The notes: generated from the sequence alone by a model not told the origin. 64,000 nucleotides of DNA from Usitatibacteraceae bacterium (GCA_044228625.1 JBGAUM010000002.1:21056-85055), one strand, 5' to 3'; positions 8,782-20,969 are shown, numbered from the stretch's first letter. A program made the numbers and translations.

Positions 8782-10446
8782 ATGCTGCGCACACTCTCCA
8801 TCCGAGATTTCATCCTGATCGAATCGCTGGACCTTGATTTCGAGGCCGGGTTCACCGCCATGACCGGGGAAACCGGGGCGGGCAAATCGATTCTGATCGA
8901 TGCGCTCACCCTGGCCCTCGGCGCGCGGGCCGACGGAAACGTGGTCCGCACGGGCGCAACGCGCGCCGAGATCGGACTCGAATGGGATTTGAGCCGCGCA
9001 ACGCGGGCGCGCCATTGGCTGGCGGAAAACGACTTGGCGGATGAAGATGCCAACGTGTGCCTGTTCCGGCGCGTGCTGGAATCCGGCGGTCGATCAAAGT
9101 CGTTCATCAACGGCACGGCGGTGACGCTGTCGCAAATGCGCGACCTGGCCGAGCGATTGATCGACATTCACGGCCAGCATGCGCATCAGACCCTGCTCAA
9201 ACGCGATGCGCAGTTGGCCTTGCTGGATGATTTTGCGGACCATGCGGACTTGCTGGAAGAAACGGCAAGGCGCCATCGCGAATGGTCCGAGCTTTCCCGC
9301 ATGCGCAGCGCGCGGGAGGTCAATGAAGCGGCCATCGCGCGCGAGTTTGAGGATCTCACCTGGCAGATCGGCGAATTGGCCAAGCTTGAATTCACGGTGG
9401 ACAAGTTTGCCGAGATCGAAGCCGAACAACGGCGTTTGGCCAATGCGGCGAGCCTGATTGCGTCGGTGGAAGGGGCCATCGAAGCGCTATCCGAGTCCGA
9501 GCGCCCGGCACTCGACACCATTGAATCGCTGGCGCGCGATTTGCAGGAAAGTGCGGAAACCGATGCGGAACTCAAAGATGCCGCCTCGCTGGTGCAGTCG
9601 GCCGCCGTTGAACTCTCGGAGGCCGTGTCTTCACTGCGCCACTACCTTCGCAAGCTTGATGCCGATCCTGCACGCCTAGCAGAGCTTGATCGCCACATTG
9701 CGGACGTTCAAGAGGTCTCGAGAAAGTTTCGTATCGAGCCAGCTCGTATTCCTGAGGTGTTGCAGCAAAAGCGCGATCGGCTGGCATCCCTGGGGGGCGG
9801 GCGATCCCTCGAAGCGTTGATCGAACAGGAGCGTGCCGCGTTTGCGGTTTACTCCGCGGCGGCCGCCAAGCTCACGCAGTCGCGCCTTGCGGCGGGCAAG
9901 CGGTTTTCCGCCGAAGTTACCCGCTCGCTCAAGGAACTGGCCATGGGAGGCGGGCGGCTGTCCGTGGAGTTTGCGTCGCGTGAGGCCTCGGCATCGGGGG
10001 TAGAGTCCTGCGAATTCATGGTCTGTGCCCATGAAGGCCAACCGGTGGGTCCCTTGGCGAAGATTGCGTCGGGCGGTGAGCTGTCGCGAATTTCGCTTGC
10101 CATCCAGATGATGGCCTCGTCGCGAGGCGGCGTGCCGGTGATGGTTTTCGATGAAGTGGACGCAGGCATCGGCGGCCGGGTTGCAGAAATTGTCGGGCGG
10201 CTCCTGCGCCGCCTCGGCAACAAACATCAGGTCCTGGCGGTCACGCACTTGGCCCAGGTGGCAGCGTGTGCGCATGCGCAATTCAGCGTCAGCAAATCCG
10301 AAGCGGCGGGCCAGGTATTGACCGCCGTGACGCCGCTCAAAGACAAGGCAAGGGTTGAGGAAGTCGCGCGCATGCTGGGGGGGCTCTCCATTACGGCAGC
10401 CACCCGCAAGGCGGCTGCGGAAATGATCGAGCGCGCGGAAAGTTGA
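8782..10446 (+). CDS. recN: DNA repair protein RecN
   Basis: 554 aa with Walker A GETGAGKS, a long coiled-coil middle region, and a C-terminal SGGELSR...VFDEVDAGIGG signature. Confidence 0.93.
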   Translation: MLRTLSIRDFILIESLDLDFEAGFTAMTGETGAGKSILIDALTLALGARADGNVVRTGATRAEIGLEWDLSRATRARHWLAENDLADEDANVCLFRRVLESGGRSKSFINGTAVTLSQMRDLAERLIDIHGQHAHQTLLKRDAQLALLDDFADHADLLEETARRHREWSELSRMRSAREVNEAAIAREFEDLTWQIGELAKLEFTVDKFAEIEAEQRRLANAASLIASVEGAIEALSESERPALDTIESLARDLQESAETDAELKDAASLVQSAAVELSEAVSSLRHYLRKLDADPARLAELDRHIADVQEVSRKFRIEPARIPEVLQQKRDRLASLGGGRSLEALIEQERAAFAVYSAAAAKLTQSRLAAGKRFSAEVTRSLKELAMGGGRLSVEFASREASASGVESCEFMVCAHEGQPVGPLAKIASGGELSRISLAIQMMASSRGGVPVMVFDEVDAGIGGRVAEIVGRLLRRLGNKHQVLAVTHLAQVAACAHAQFSVSKSEAAGQVLTAVTPLKDKARVEEVARMLGGLSITAATRKAAAEMIERAES

Positions 10447-10541
10447 AAGTCGAGCACTGGCGCGGCGTTTGAGCCGAAATCGTCCGGAAAGTGTTGCCAG
10501 TCCTGGAGTTTTCTGGTTGCCGAATGGGCTTTGCCACTTCG

Positions 10542-13223
10542 TTACCCGAGCAGCGCGCTCCAAGCCTGTTGGACCGCCCGCCGTTCGTCGACCAGTTCAT
10601 CCGGCGCGATCCACGTTTTTGCTTCGTTGTTGTTGCGCGCCACATGTTGTCGCTCGCGGTAGGCCAGATAGGCCTTGCCCACGGTTGCGGCCAACTCCTC
10701 GTCAAGGAAGCCGAGTGCCGCAGCGCGGGTGAGGAGTGCGAAATTGCCGAGGTTGCCGAGGAATTCCGGGTGATGATGCGATTGGGCCAGGATCAGGAAC
10801 TGCACAATGAATTCCACATCCACGATGCCGCCGCGGGTGTGTTTGAGGTCAAGTTTTTCGCCACCGTCTTTCTTGTCGGCCCGCATCCTGTCACGCATGG
10901 TGACGATATCCACCCGCAGCTTCTCAATGTCGCGGGGTAGTGCAAGGACCTCCGCGCGTAGACGATCAAAGGGCTCGCGCAGTGCAGCGTCGCCCGCGCA
11001 CCAGCGGGCGCGCGTGAGCGCCTGGTGTTCCCAGGTCCAGGCGCGGGAGTGCTGGTATTCGGCCAATGCACCGAGCCGCGAGACCATGACGCCGGCGTCG
11101 CCATCGGGTCGAAGGCGCAAGTCTGTGTCGTAAAGCACGCCTCCCGCGGTCATCGCGTTGAGCCAGCTCACCACGCGCTGCGCAAGCCGCGAGAGAACAC
11201 CCGCGTCGGCATCGTCCGCGCAGATGAAAACCAGGTCGAGATCGGAGGCGTAGCCCAATTCCTTGCTGCCGTACTTTCCAAACGCCAGTGCCGCAAATCC
11301 CGGCGGCGCCTCCCAGGTCTGTTCCGGCACCAGGCGAAGTGCCCGGGCCGCCAGAACCAGGGTGGCCTCCAGAAGCATGTCGGCCAGGGCGGTCAACTCA
11401 TCCGACAACGCCATGACCCCGATGCCGCCATCAATGTCCACGACGTTCAGGCGCAGGGTGAGCAAATGTTTGGTGTGACGCAGGATTTCGTATTGCCGCT
11501 CGACGTCGCCTGCGGCTTCATCGCAGAGCGCCTGCAGGCGCGCGCGTTGGGTTTTCCAGTCGATGGGGACGCCGCGCTCCCGCGTGTCGATCAAATCGTC
11601 AAGCAGGATCGGGTGCTTCCGGAGGAAGTCCGCGGCAAACGCGCTTTGTGCGGCGATGCGCGTGACCCTCGTCAGCACCGCGGGCACCTCTTCAAGCAAT
11701 GCCAGGTACGCTTCACGCTTGTCGATCGCTTCCAAGAGGTCAAAGACGCGAAAAAACGTGCGCGCGGCAGGTCCAGGGGCCTCGACGCTTGCCTCAAGCG
11801 ACTTGGGAATCAGACTCTCCAGGCGCAAACGGGATTTGGCAGGCAAGGACTGCGTCCGTGAGGCGGTCAGCCAACCTTCGATGCGGCGCAGGATCGATGC
11901 GCGCTCGTCCTCATCATCAATTCGAGTCGAAACGATCGCGTTGCAGGCCGCGACAACACCCCCCGACGGGCTGGGCGTTGCGGCCGGGGCCGGTGAGGCG
12001 AACAAGCCGTCAAACGCGTCAGAAACGACCGCCCGGTGCGCGTCCAGATCTTTCAGGCAGTCGCTCCATGAATCGAAACTCATGGCCTCTGCGATGCGGG
12101 CGCGGTCTTCGTCGTTGACCGGCAGGGCCTGGGTCTGCTGGTCATCCAGATATTGCAGCCGGTGCTCGAGGTTGCGCAGAAACGCATAGGCTTCCTGCAA
12201 TTTCGCCACCAGGCCCGCCGGCAACAGGCCCAGTTGACCGATGACGTCCAGGGCGGCGCGTGTCGAGCGTTGACGCAATAACGGCTCGCGACCTCCACGA
12301 ATCAGCTGGAACATCTGCACCACGAACTCCAATTCGCGAATGCCGCCGGGTCCCAGCTTGATGTCGTCCTTGGTGCGTTTCTTTGCGGTCTCGGTGCGAA
12401 TCTGCGCGTGGATTTCGCGGATGCCGTCGATGGCGGCATAGTCGTGGTACCGGCGGTAGACGAACGGGGTGACCAGCGCGTCCAGTTCCGTGATGACGGT
12501 GGTGGCGCCAGTCAGGGCATCGGCCTTGAGCCAGGCGTAACGCTCCCATGTCCGGGCCTGGGAGACAAAGTAGTTTTCCAGCGCCGCAAGGCTGGTCACC
12601 AACGGGCCGCTGATTCCAAAAGGACGCAACCGCATGTCGACCCGAAACACAAAGCCGCCGGCATCGACGGCATCAATCGAGCGGATCAGCCGTTTTCCGA
12701 CTTCGCAATGGAACTCGTGCCACGACCGGCCGGATGCCGCATCTCCGTCCTCGGCGTGGACAAAGATCAGGTCAACGTCTGACGACGCGTTGAGCTCCCC
12801 GCCGCCCAGCTTTCCCATGCCCATGACCAGCGGAATGGCCAGGGGATGCCCGGCATCCTGGAGATTGAACTTGTCCGCGCAGTCACCGACATGGCGAACC
12901 GTCGCGGCGCGGATCGTCGTGCTGGCCAGCTGGCTGAAGGCGCGCAGGACTTCGTCAAGTCCAGCCAGCCCGTTGAGGTCGCGGAACAGCACATGGGCCA
13001 TGGCGCGGCGTCGCAGCGCGCGCAATTGGGCGTCAAAGACCTCAACATCCGCCTCGCGCCCCGGGAGCAGTTCTGCCGAGACCGCCGGTACGTCGAAGGC
13101 CCCGTGGCCATGAGTGGCCAGCCAATTCTCGAGCGCCGGTTCGGCATGGAGAAGGCGTTGCGCGAAGCGCGACGTGCGGAACAAGCGTTGCAGTCGGGTG
13201 TCAAACGGCGCATCGATGGGCAT
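10542..13223 (-). CDS. glnE: bifunctional glutamine synthetase adenylyltransferase / adenylyl-removing enzyme
   Basis: 893 aa with two nucleotidyltransferase modules (GKLGG.ELN..SDVDLIFV and GKYGSKELGY.SDLDLVF) and the GlnE-specific linker. Confidence 0.9.
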   Translation of the reverse strand: MPIDAPFDTRLQRLFRTSRFAQRLLHAEPALENWLATHGHGAFDVPAVSAELLPGREADVEVFDAQLRALRRRAMAHVLFRDLNGLAGLDEVLRAFSQLASTTIRAATVRHVGDCADKFNLQDAGHPLAIPLVMGMGKLGGGELNASSDVDLIFVHAEDGDAASGRSWHEFHCEVGKRLIRSIDAVDAGGFVFRVDMRLRPFGISGPLVTSLAALENYFVSQARTWERYAWLKADALTGATTVITELDALVTPFVYRRYHDYAAIDGIREIHAQIRTETAKKRTKDDIKLGPGGIRELEFVVQMFQLIRGGREPLLRQRSTRAALDVIGQLGLLPAGLVAKLQEAYAFLRNLEHRLQYLDDQQTQALPVNDEDRARIAEAMSFDSWSDCLKDLDAHRAVVSDAFDGLFASPAPAATPSPSGGVVAACNAIVSTRIDDEDERASILRRIEGWLTASRTQSLPAKSRLRLESLIPKSLEASVEAPGPAARTFFRVFDLLEAIDKREAYLALLEEVPAVLTRVTRIAAQSAFAADFLRKHPILLDDLIDTRERGVPIDWKTQRARLQALCDEAAGDVERQYEILRHTKHLLTLRLNVVDIDGGIGVMALSDELTALADMLLEATLVLAARALRLVPEQTWEAPPGFAALAFGKYGSKELGYASDLDLVFICADDADAGVLSRLAQRVVSWLNAMTAGGVLYDTDLRLRPDGDAGVMVSRLGALAEYQHSRAWTWEHQALTRARWCAGDAALREPFDRLRAEVLALPRDIEKLRVDIVTMRDRMRADKKDGGEKLDLKHTRGGIVDVEFIVQFLILAQSHHHPEFLGNLGNFALLTRAAALGFLDEELAATVGKAYLAYRERQHVARNNNEAKTWIAPDELVDERRAVQQAWSALLG

Positions 13224-13417
13224 GGCAGGGTTTGGCCGAATCGTTGTATGAATTGATGCGCCCGAAGGGATGGACGCACACGCCGCTAAAATAGCACGGC
13301 CCCAGTGGCGGCATCCGGCAACACGATCAGGATTGGATCATCAAAAAGCTCGCATTTCGCATCGGCAAGGTCAGCGCAAAGACGTGCTACTGGTCGGCCA
13401 TCGCATTCGGACTGGTT

Positions 13418-16400
13418 GTGTTTGCATTTGTGGCCACGGTGAAGTTCGTGGTCATGCCCAATATCGAGCGTTATCAGGGCGAAATTGTCAGCCGTGTCGC
13501 CGCGGCGTCCGGGATGGACGTCTCCGCCAAATCGATCCGTGGGCGGTGGTCCGGGTTCCGGCCGTGGGTGGACATGGAAGAGGTGGTGTTCCGCGAGCCG
13601 CCGGATTCAAAGCTACGACCCGGCGGGCAGGAGGCCCTGCGATTGCCGTATGTGTCGGCCTCGCTGTCGTGGTGGGCGTTGGCCGTTGCCCAGGTCCGGT
13701 TTGGCGAGATCACGGTCGACGCGCCCGCGTTGGCGATTTCCCGGGGAACGGACGGGCTGTTGTACTTTGCCGGTCGGACGCTCAACGCACCGAAGGATGA
13801 GCCGGACGATGGACGGTTCCTGCAATGGCTGCTTGCGCAGGATGGTCTGGTGATTCGCGATGCCACGCTGACCTGGAACGATGCGCTGACGGAAGCCGGT
13901 GAACTGGCGTTTGCCGACGTGAACATCGCCATTCACAAGCGCCGCAACGGGCATGAGGTCGGGTTTCGTGCGCGGCCCCCGGCAGCGTTGGCGACGTCAA
14001 TCGAAGTGCGGGCAGCGGTCGATGTGCGGCAGGAGGACGCCCGATGGCAAGCGGACGGTACCGTCTATGCGCAGGTCAACGACGCAAGGCTCGACGAAAT
14101 TCGACGTCATGTCACGGTCCCCAAGGCGATGATTGCCGGTCATGGCAATGCGCGCATCTGGTTGGATTTTGATACGGCGGCGCCAACGCTTGCCGTTCCC
14201 AATGAAGCCATGCGTGCCTCCACGCCACTGCGGGCCATCACCGCCGACGTGCACTTGAGTGGCGCCAAGGCGAAGCTGGGTGATGACCTTGAACCCCTGG
14301 ATATTTCGGAACTCTCCGGTCGCCTGGAATATCGCGCCGCCGATGCTGGATTTACCATGGCCAGCAAGGGGCTGGCCTTGCGCACGGCCAACGGCGTCAA
14401 GATGGCCCCGGCCGATTTTTCCCTGACGCTCAAGGACCAGAACGATGCGGCGAGAGCCGGTGGCGAAATGACCGGCAATGGCATCGACCTCAAGGTCATG
14501 ACGGCATTGCTCGAATTCTTTCCCGTCGGAAAGGATGTTCGGCGGGTGGCCAATGATTTTTCGCCGCGCGGCAGCATTCAGAACACGCGATACGCATGGC
14601 GTGGCCCATTGGGATCGCCGACCGGATATGAATTCAAGGGCACCCTGTCCGGATTTTCCTTGAACCAGTTTGAAAATCTCCCTGGAATTTCCGGATTCAC
14701 GGGCACCATCGAGGGGAGCGACAAGGGGGGCAAATTTGAGATTGCCTCGCGCGACTTGGCCTTCGATCTTCCCAAGATCTACGAAGAGCCCCTCCAATTT
14801 GCAAAATTCGACGCCAAGGGGAGTTGGTTGCTGGACGCCGATGCGCTGCGTGTCGACTTGCGCTCACTGGTGCTGGCAAATCCCGACCTGGAAGGCGAGT
14901 TTGCAGGCAAATACGAGCGATTTCGCGCCACCGGTGCGCGCGCGAAGGATGAGCAAGGACCCGGAACCATCGACTTGACGGGCCAGTTCGCACGCATCGA
15001 TGCGCGGGCCGTGGGACGCTACCTCCATAAAAACGTCAAAGTCGCGCGCGATTATCTCGAATGGGCGATTCGCGCCGGCGAGGTCAAGGAGGCCCAGCTG
15101 ATTCTCAAGGGCCCGTTGTACGAATTCCCGTTCAGGGGCGGCACGGCCGGGCAGTTCCGCATCGCCGGAAACCTCACGGACGTCACATTGCGGCATACCG
15201 AAGGCTGGCCCCAAATCAGCGCGATTGGCGGCACCGTCGCCTACGAGAACACCCATTTCGAGGCGCACGTGGCGAGCGCGCAGGTCTTGTCGACGCGTCT
15301 CGGCAAGACGAGTGTCGTGATCGATGACCTGGCGAACCATCCACCGATGCTGATCATCCAGGGAAGCACGGCGGCGCGGGCCGAAGAGGTCACGCGTTAC
15401 ATCCGCGAAAGCGCCTTGATGAATTCGATCGGCGGCTTCACGCGGTTCGTGGCGCTCGAGGGTCCCGGAAAACTCGACCTTACGCTGAAGATTCCGCTGG
15501 GGAACCCGGAAGTGCACAAGGTGCCGTTCCGCTTCGACGGGCAATACGCGCTCAATCGGGGACGTGCCATGGTCACCATTGGAGACAAGAAGACGGAAGT
15601 TGCCAACGTGTCGGGTGCGGTCAGCTTCAGCGAAACAGGCACCAAGAGTCAAGGCATCACCGGCACGGCGTTTGGATATCCCGCCACGGTGACTTTGGCA
15701 GGGACCGGGGAATCCGGCGTCACCACGGAATTCACGGCGCGTGGCGAATTGGGCGTTGCGACCCCGCTTGGAATGCTGTTGCCGGTCCGCTTGCCGCAAC
15801 AGGTGACCGGGACGGTCGATTTGACCGGAAAGATCACCGGAAAATCAGCAGGCACGGAAATCCAGATCGCCTCCAACTTGATTGGGGCGACCTCGACCTT
15901 GCCATTCCCGCTGGCCAAGCGCGCGGAGGAACCGCGCAAGTTGCAACTCACGTTTTCGAATGCGGGTCAGGCCAGTGAGCAGATCCGGTTGTCATTGGCG
16001 GGCAACACGACGCCGCAAGGCGATTCGCCTGAGTCGCGCGTCGATGCGCAATTCCGGCGGCGCGTGGAAGGTGTCGAGGCCAACGGCGCGTTTCGGGGAG
16101 GGGTGGCCAGTGTGGGTGAAGTCGTGGGGGCGCGTCCGATTCCCGATGGCATGTGGCTGGTGGGATCGATGCCGCAACTTGATTTCGATGCTTGGCGCAA
16201 GGCCGTGGATGCCTTTGAGCCGCCGGCCCCCGCAGGGAGCGTGGCGGCCGATACTGCAAAGGCTGAGTCTCCCATCGCGGGTTTCGATTTCAAGCTCGGC
16301 CAATTGATCGCCTATGGACGTCCGTTCAAGGAATTGACCATCAAGGGCCGCCACGCCGGTGAGGATTGGCGCCTGAATGTCGAGAGTGCCGAGGCGCAGG

Positions 16401-17361
16401 GCGACTTTTCATGGCGCGCGGCATCGCTGGCGGACCGGGGGGTGGTGCGTGCCCGCCTGACCCGGTTGTCGATTGCGGATGAATTGCCGATGTCTGCACC
16501 GCCTTCGGCTCAGGCGGCGCAAGCCGAGGCCGAGAAGACCGACTTGCCGGCCTTTGACATCGTGGCGGAAAGATTCACGATGTCCGACAAATTCCTGGGC
16601 AAGCTCGAATTCAAGGCGACTCCCCTCGGTGCCAATTGGAAAATCGACCAAATGGACATCACGAACGGTCACGCAGCACTCAAAGCCAACGGCATCTACC
16701 AACGGTACGGCGACCCGCAGAAACCCGACGGCCGCCCCCGCACCGCGCTCGATTTCAACCTTGAGAGCTCAAATCTCAACGCATTGCTGGCCCAATTTGG
16801 GTATCAGGACCAATTGCGCGGCGGCAAGGGAAAGTTGGATGGCAAGCTCGCCTGGCCCGGACATGCGTTCCAATTCAGGACGGCGAATCTATCCGGGCAG
16901 ATGCATTTGGAAGCCAGCGATGGCCAGTTTGGTTGTCCCTAGATTTTCGCGATATCTACGATGACGGGTTGGCGTTCCGGCGGATCAATGCCGACGTGGC
17001 CATTGCCAACGGGGTCATGAGCACTGAGAACTTCGAATTGAAGGGGCCGGCAGCCTTCATCCAGTTATCCGGTTCCATCTCGCTGCCGGCGGAGACGGTG
17101 GCGATGCGCGCGCAAGTCTTTCCGCTGGTGGGAGAGGGGGCGGCCTTGGGCGCAATTGTCCTGGTCAACCCTGCGGTCGGCGCAGGCGTGTGGCTGGTGT
17201 CGAAACTCTTCCAGGAAGCCATTTCCTATGAGGTCATGATTATGGGATCATGGACCAATCCCGAGGTCACCACGGTCAAAAAGAATCGCGACAAACCCAA
17301 GAAAGAATCAGAACAGGTGAAGCCCGCCGCCGCGGGGGACGAGGCGAAAAAGGCATCATGA
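13418..17361 (+). pseudogene. YhdP/AsmA2-family (TIGR02099-like) large envelope protein, broken by an out-of-frame internal deletion (fragments 13418..16942 and 16933..17361)
   Basis: The position is typical, divergent from glnE and upstream of the nit-family gene. The sequence ...HLEASDGQFGCP* continues in another frame as LSLDFRDIYDDGLAFRRINADV...SWTNPEV, which is the conserved YhdP C-terminus. About 20 residues between GQF and LSLDFRD are missing. The N-terminal anchor (IIKKLAFRIGKVSAKTCYWSAIAFGLVV) is open in frame upstream of the first GTG (13418) but has no ATG, GTG or TTG. Confidence 0.8.
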
Positions 17362-18227
17362 TCATTACCAAGCAAACCGGGCAGGTGCCTGACGCCTTGC
17401 TGAAGGCGGCACAATCCACACAATCCTTCTTTCGCGTCGCGGCCATCCAGATGGCCAGTGGCCCGAATGTGAAAGCCAACCTTGAAGAGGCCGGGCGCCT
17501 CGTCGACATGGCGGCCTCCACCGGCGCCCGCGTGATCGTGCTGCCCGAATATTTTTGCATCATGGGCCTGAAAGACACCGACAAGGTGGCGGTGGCCGAG
17601 GTTCCCGGTGAAGGCCCCATCCAGCAGTGGTTGTCTGAAACTGCCGCAAAGCATCGCGTCTATCTGATTGGCGGATCCGTGCCGATCAAATCAAACGTGC
17701 CGGGCAAGGTGCGCAATGCCTGTTTGGTGTACGACAAGGAAGGCGCGCTGGCAGCCCGCTATGACAAGATCCATTTGTTCAACCTGCAACTGGGCTCGGA
17801 GAATTTTTCCGAGGAGCGGACCATTGAACCGGGCAATGAGGTGGTGACGGTCCATACGCCCTATGGAAAGATCGGCCTGTCCATCTGCTATGACTTGCGT
17901 TTCCCCGAGCTCTATCGCGCCATGGGGGAGGTGGACATCCTGATCGTGCCCTCGGCGTTTACAGCCACCACTGGCAAGGCACATTGGGAAGCCTTGATCC
18001 GCGCGCGGGCCATCGAGAATCTCGCCTATGTCATCGCACCTGCGCAAGGCGGTTTCCATGTCAGTGGCCGCGAGACGCACGGCGATTCAATGATCGTCGA
18101 CCCGTGGGGTGTGGTGCTCGATCGGCTGCCGCGGGGTTCCGGCGTTGTGGTAGCGGGCATCAATCCCCATTATCAGCAGACCGTCCGCAAGAGCTTGCCG
18201 GCGCTGACCCATCGCACGCTGAAGTAA
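17358..18227 (+). CDS. carbon-nitrogen hydrolase (nitrilase superfamily)
   Basis: ATG at 17358, overlapping the yhdP stop (ATGA). Motifs RVAAIQM, LPEYF, KIHLF and GLSICYDLRFPELY contain the Glu-Lys-Cys catalytic triad context. Confidence 0.88.
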   Translation: MIITKQTGQVPDALLKAAQSTQSFFRVAAIQMASGPNVKANLEEAGRLVDMAASTGARVIVLPEYFCIMGLKDTDKVAVAEVPGEGPIQQWLSETAAKHRVYLIGGSVPIKSNVPGKVRNACLVYDKEGALAARYDKIHLFNLQLGSENFSEERTIEPGNEVVTVHTPYGKIGLSICYDLRFPELYRAMGEVDILIVPSAFTATTGKAHWEALIRARAIENLAYVIAPAQGGFHVSGRETHGDSMIVDPWGVVLDRLPRGSGVVVAGINPHYQQTVRKSLPALTHRTLK

Positions 18228-18292
18228 CACGCCTTCCGTGGCCGTCCTGCTGAATGAGGCGATCGCCAGCAGCGATCCATCGGTGCGTTGAT

Positions 18293-18649
18293 CTATGGCG
18301 CTTCCCGCCACTGCCCCTTTTCATTTAGCAACACTTTGTCGTCCTTCAGGACCGACAACTCACCTGCCTCGGTGACCCTATACTTCGTGGATCCATTGCG
18401 AAATTCCCAGCCCACAAAGCGGCAGGGGGTGACACCATCCTTGCAAAGCGTGTGCATGGTTTTCCCGCGCAGGACGATGCGCTTGCCGGACTTTTTGTTC
18501 TTGCTTGTATAGGTGACGTCGTCGCAGGAGACATTTCCTTCCGCGCACTTGGTTTCGATGCCGATGACAAAGGACTGGGTTTCCAGCGTTTCTGCATGCA
18601 GCGTGTTTGCGGCGAACAAAGCGGCGATTGCCGCAATCAAGTTTCTCAA
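18293..18649 (-). CDS. hypothetical secreted Cys-containing protein
   Basis: A TTG at 18649 preceded by GGGA gives the signal peptide (M)RNLIAAIAALFAANTLHA. The track ORF extends to an ATG at 18727 with a non-signal-like leader. I recognise no family. Confidence 0.45.
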   Translation of the reverse strand: MRNLIAAIAALFAANTLHAETLETQSFVIGIETKCAEGNVSCDDVTYTSKNKKSGKRIVLRGKTMHTLCKDGVTPCRFVGWEFRNGSTKYRVTEAGELSVLKDDKVLLNEKGQWREAP

Positions 18650-19011
18650 GGTGATTCCCGAGTCGACGTCTTGCCCCCGATTTTTGCATGGCAGCCTTGA
18701 CCACCGGGGGCGATGTTGCGGGCTCATGACCGCGCCATGCGTCTGCCTTGCGGGAGTTCCCGGTGTCGACGAAATGTACGGAATCAGGCCTGCTTTGCAA
18801 TGGTGTCATCCTTCATACCACGTCGACGCAACACCGCGCCAGGTCTTCAGCAGAGATCGGCCAGCAGGATATCGAGCGCGGTGAGCCTGGCACAAAACAA
18901 GTCGAGAAAGGGCTCAGTATGGGGACTGAAATGGGCTAAAATCGACGATTCCGCCAATCGGTCGCTGTCCCGGCGCCAACGGCACTTTTTCCAGAAAATT
19001 CAAACAGTTCC

Positions 19012-20913
19012 ATGCTAGAGACCATCCGCCAAGCCACGCAGACCTGGCTCGCCAAGGCGATTCTTGTCGTCATCACCGTTCCCTTTGCGCTTTGGGGGAT
19101 CGAATCGTATGTCCGCACCGACCCCAAGCTCGACTCCGTTGCCAAGGTCGGCAAGGTCGAGATTTCGCAGAATGAGTTCAATGAAGCCGTGCGCGGTCAG
19201 ATTGAACAGATGAAGCGCCAGTTTGGTGGGCAGGTAGACACCAACCTGCTGGACACCCCGGAGATGCGCAAGTCCATGCTCGATTCGCTGATCGACCAGA
19301 AATTGTTCGCGCAAGTCGCGCTGTCGTCGGGCGCCACGGTGAGCGACGCTGCATTGCGTGAGCGCATTGCCAGCGAAGCCCCGTTCCAGCGCGACGGCCA
19401 GTTTTCGCCCGAGCAATACCAGTTGTACTTGAAATCTCAGGGCATGTCCGCCGTGGCTTTTGAAAACCTGGTGCGCAAGGATCTCGAGCGCAACCAGTTC
19501 GCCGGCAGCCTGCTGAACACGCATTTCGTGTCCAACGCCAGTGTGGAGGCCTACCGTGCCGCGTCGGAACAAGCGCGCGAGGTGTCTGTCGTGAATTTCA
19601 CGCCGGAACAGTTCAACGCCAACGTCAAGATCACCACTGAACACGCCAAGGCTGAATACGAGAAGAACAAGGCCAACTACACCATTCCCGAGCAGGTGCG
19701 CGCCGAGTACGTGGAACTCTCCGCCGATGCCTTGGCCCCCACGATTGCCGTGCCGCCGGAAGAGGTGAAGGCCTTTTACGAGGCGAATGCCAGCCGATTC
19801 ATCCAAAAGGAAGAGCGCAAGGCCAGCCACATCCTGATCAACGCGGCGAAAGATGCCAAGGAAGATGTGAAAAAGGCTGCCAAAGCCAAGGCGGACGAAG
19901 TGTTTGCCTTGGCCAAGAAAGACCCCAAGTCGTTCGCCGAGCTGGCCAAGAAGTATTCCCAGGATCCGGGTTCAGCCAACAATGGCGGAGACCTAGGCTT
20001 TTTTGGCCGCGGCCAGATGGTGAAGCCGTTTGAGGACGCCGCGTTTGGCGCCAAGAAGGACGAACTGGTGGGTCCGGTGTTGTCCGACTTCGGGTATCAC
20101 ATCATCGTGGTCAAGGACATTCGCCCGGAAAAGGGCAAGTCCCTCGCAGAAGCGACGCCGGAAATTGAAGGCGAACTCAAGAAAGCCAAGGCCTCGCGCA
20201 AGTTTGCGGAAATCTCCGAAAAATTTGCCAATGCTGCCTACGAGCAATCGGGCAGCCTTAAGGGCGCCGCCGACGTGGCGGGCCTGACCATCCGGCAGTC
20301 GCCGTGGATGAGCAAGACCGGCGGCATCCCGCCGTTCAACAATCCCAAACTTTCCGCCGCATTGTTCTCGGACGAAGTCCTGAAAAACAAGCGCAACACG
20401 GAAGCCGTGGATATCGGGCAGAACACGCTCGTGGTGGCACGCTTGCTGGAACTCAAGCCTTCGACCGTTCGCCCATTTGAAGAAGTGGAAAAGGGCATCG
20501 TAGCAAAGCTGACGCGTGAGGAAGCCGGCAAACTCGCCAAGAAAGAAGGCGAAACCAGGCTCGCGCAGGCCAAGGAGGGCAAAGGCGATGTGAAGTGGCC
20601 GGCTGCGTTGGCTGTCAGCCGTGCCAATCCGGGAGGGCTTTTTCCACACATCATTGATGCCGCATTGAAGGCCGATACGTCCAAGCTGCCGGTCGTCGTC
20701 GGGGTGGAAAATCCAGCTGGCGGCTATTCCCTCGTGCAAATCAGCAAGGTGGTCGAGCCCTCGGCTGCAGACGAGGCAAAGCTCAAATCGATCAAGAATC
20801 GTGTGGCGCAAACGTTGTCACAAGCCGAAGTCCAGTCGCTGGTGGCGCAGGCGCGTTCTGCGACCTCGGTCTCCGTCGCCAAGGACGCCACGACCAGGAA
20901 AGACCAGCGCTAA
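19012..20913 (+). CDS. ppiD: periplasmic chaperone / peptidyl-prolyl isomerase PpiD
   Basis: 633 aa with an N-terminal anchor ([18 protein letters not shown]), a SurA-N-like region, and a parvulin segment SHILI....[21 protein letters not shown]. Confidence 0.88.
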   Translation: MLETIRQATQTWLAKAILVVITVPFALWGIESYVRTDPKLDSVAKVGKVEISQNEFNEAVRGQIEQMKRQFGGQVDTNLLDTPEMRKSMLDSLIDQKLFAQVALSSGATVSDAALRERIASEAPFQRDGQFSPEQYQLYLKSQGMSAVAFENLVRKDLERNQFAGSLLNTHFVSNASVEAYRAASEQAREVSVVNFTPEQFNANVKITTEHAKAEYEKNKANYTIPEQVRAEYVELSADALAPTIAVPPEEVKAFYEANASRFIQKEERKASHILINAAKDAKEDVKKAAKAKADEVFALAKKDPKSFAELAKKYSQDPGSANNGGDLGFFGRGQMVKPFEDAAFGAKKDELVGPVLSDFGYHIIVVKDIRPEKGKSLAEATPEIEGELKKAKASRKFAEISEKFANAAYEQSGSLKGAADVAGLTIRQSPWMSKTGGIPPFNNPKLSAALFSDEVLKNKRNTEAVDIGQNTLVVARLLELKPSTVRPFEEVEKGIVAKLTREEAGKLAKKEGETRLAQAKEGKGDVKWPAALAVSRANPGGLFPHIIDAALKADTSKLPVVVGVENPAGGYSLVQISKVVEPSAADEAKLKSIKNRVAQTLSQAEVQSLVAQARSATSVSVAKDATTRKDQR

Positions 20914-20935
20914 GCATTGAAGCGTTGAAGTGAAG

Positions 20936-20969
20936 AAGGGCGCGCCAATGAGCGCGCCCTTTGTCCTTT
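20936..20969. terminator. bidirectional rho-independent terminator between ppiD and the SDR gene
   Basis: Perfect 10-bp GC-rich stem aagggcgcgc / gcgcgccctt (20936-20945 / 20952-20961) with a 6-nt loop, followed by tgtccttt. Confidence 0.7.
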
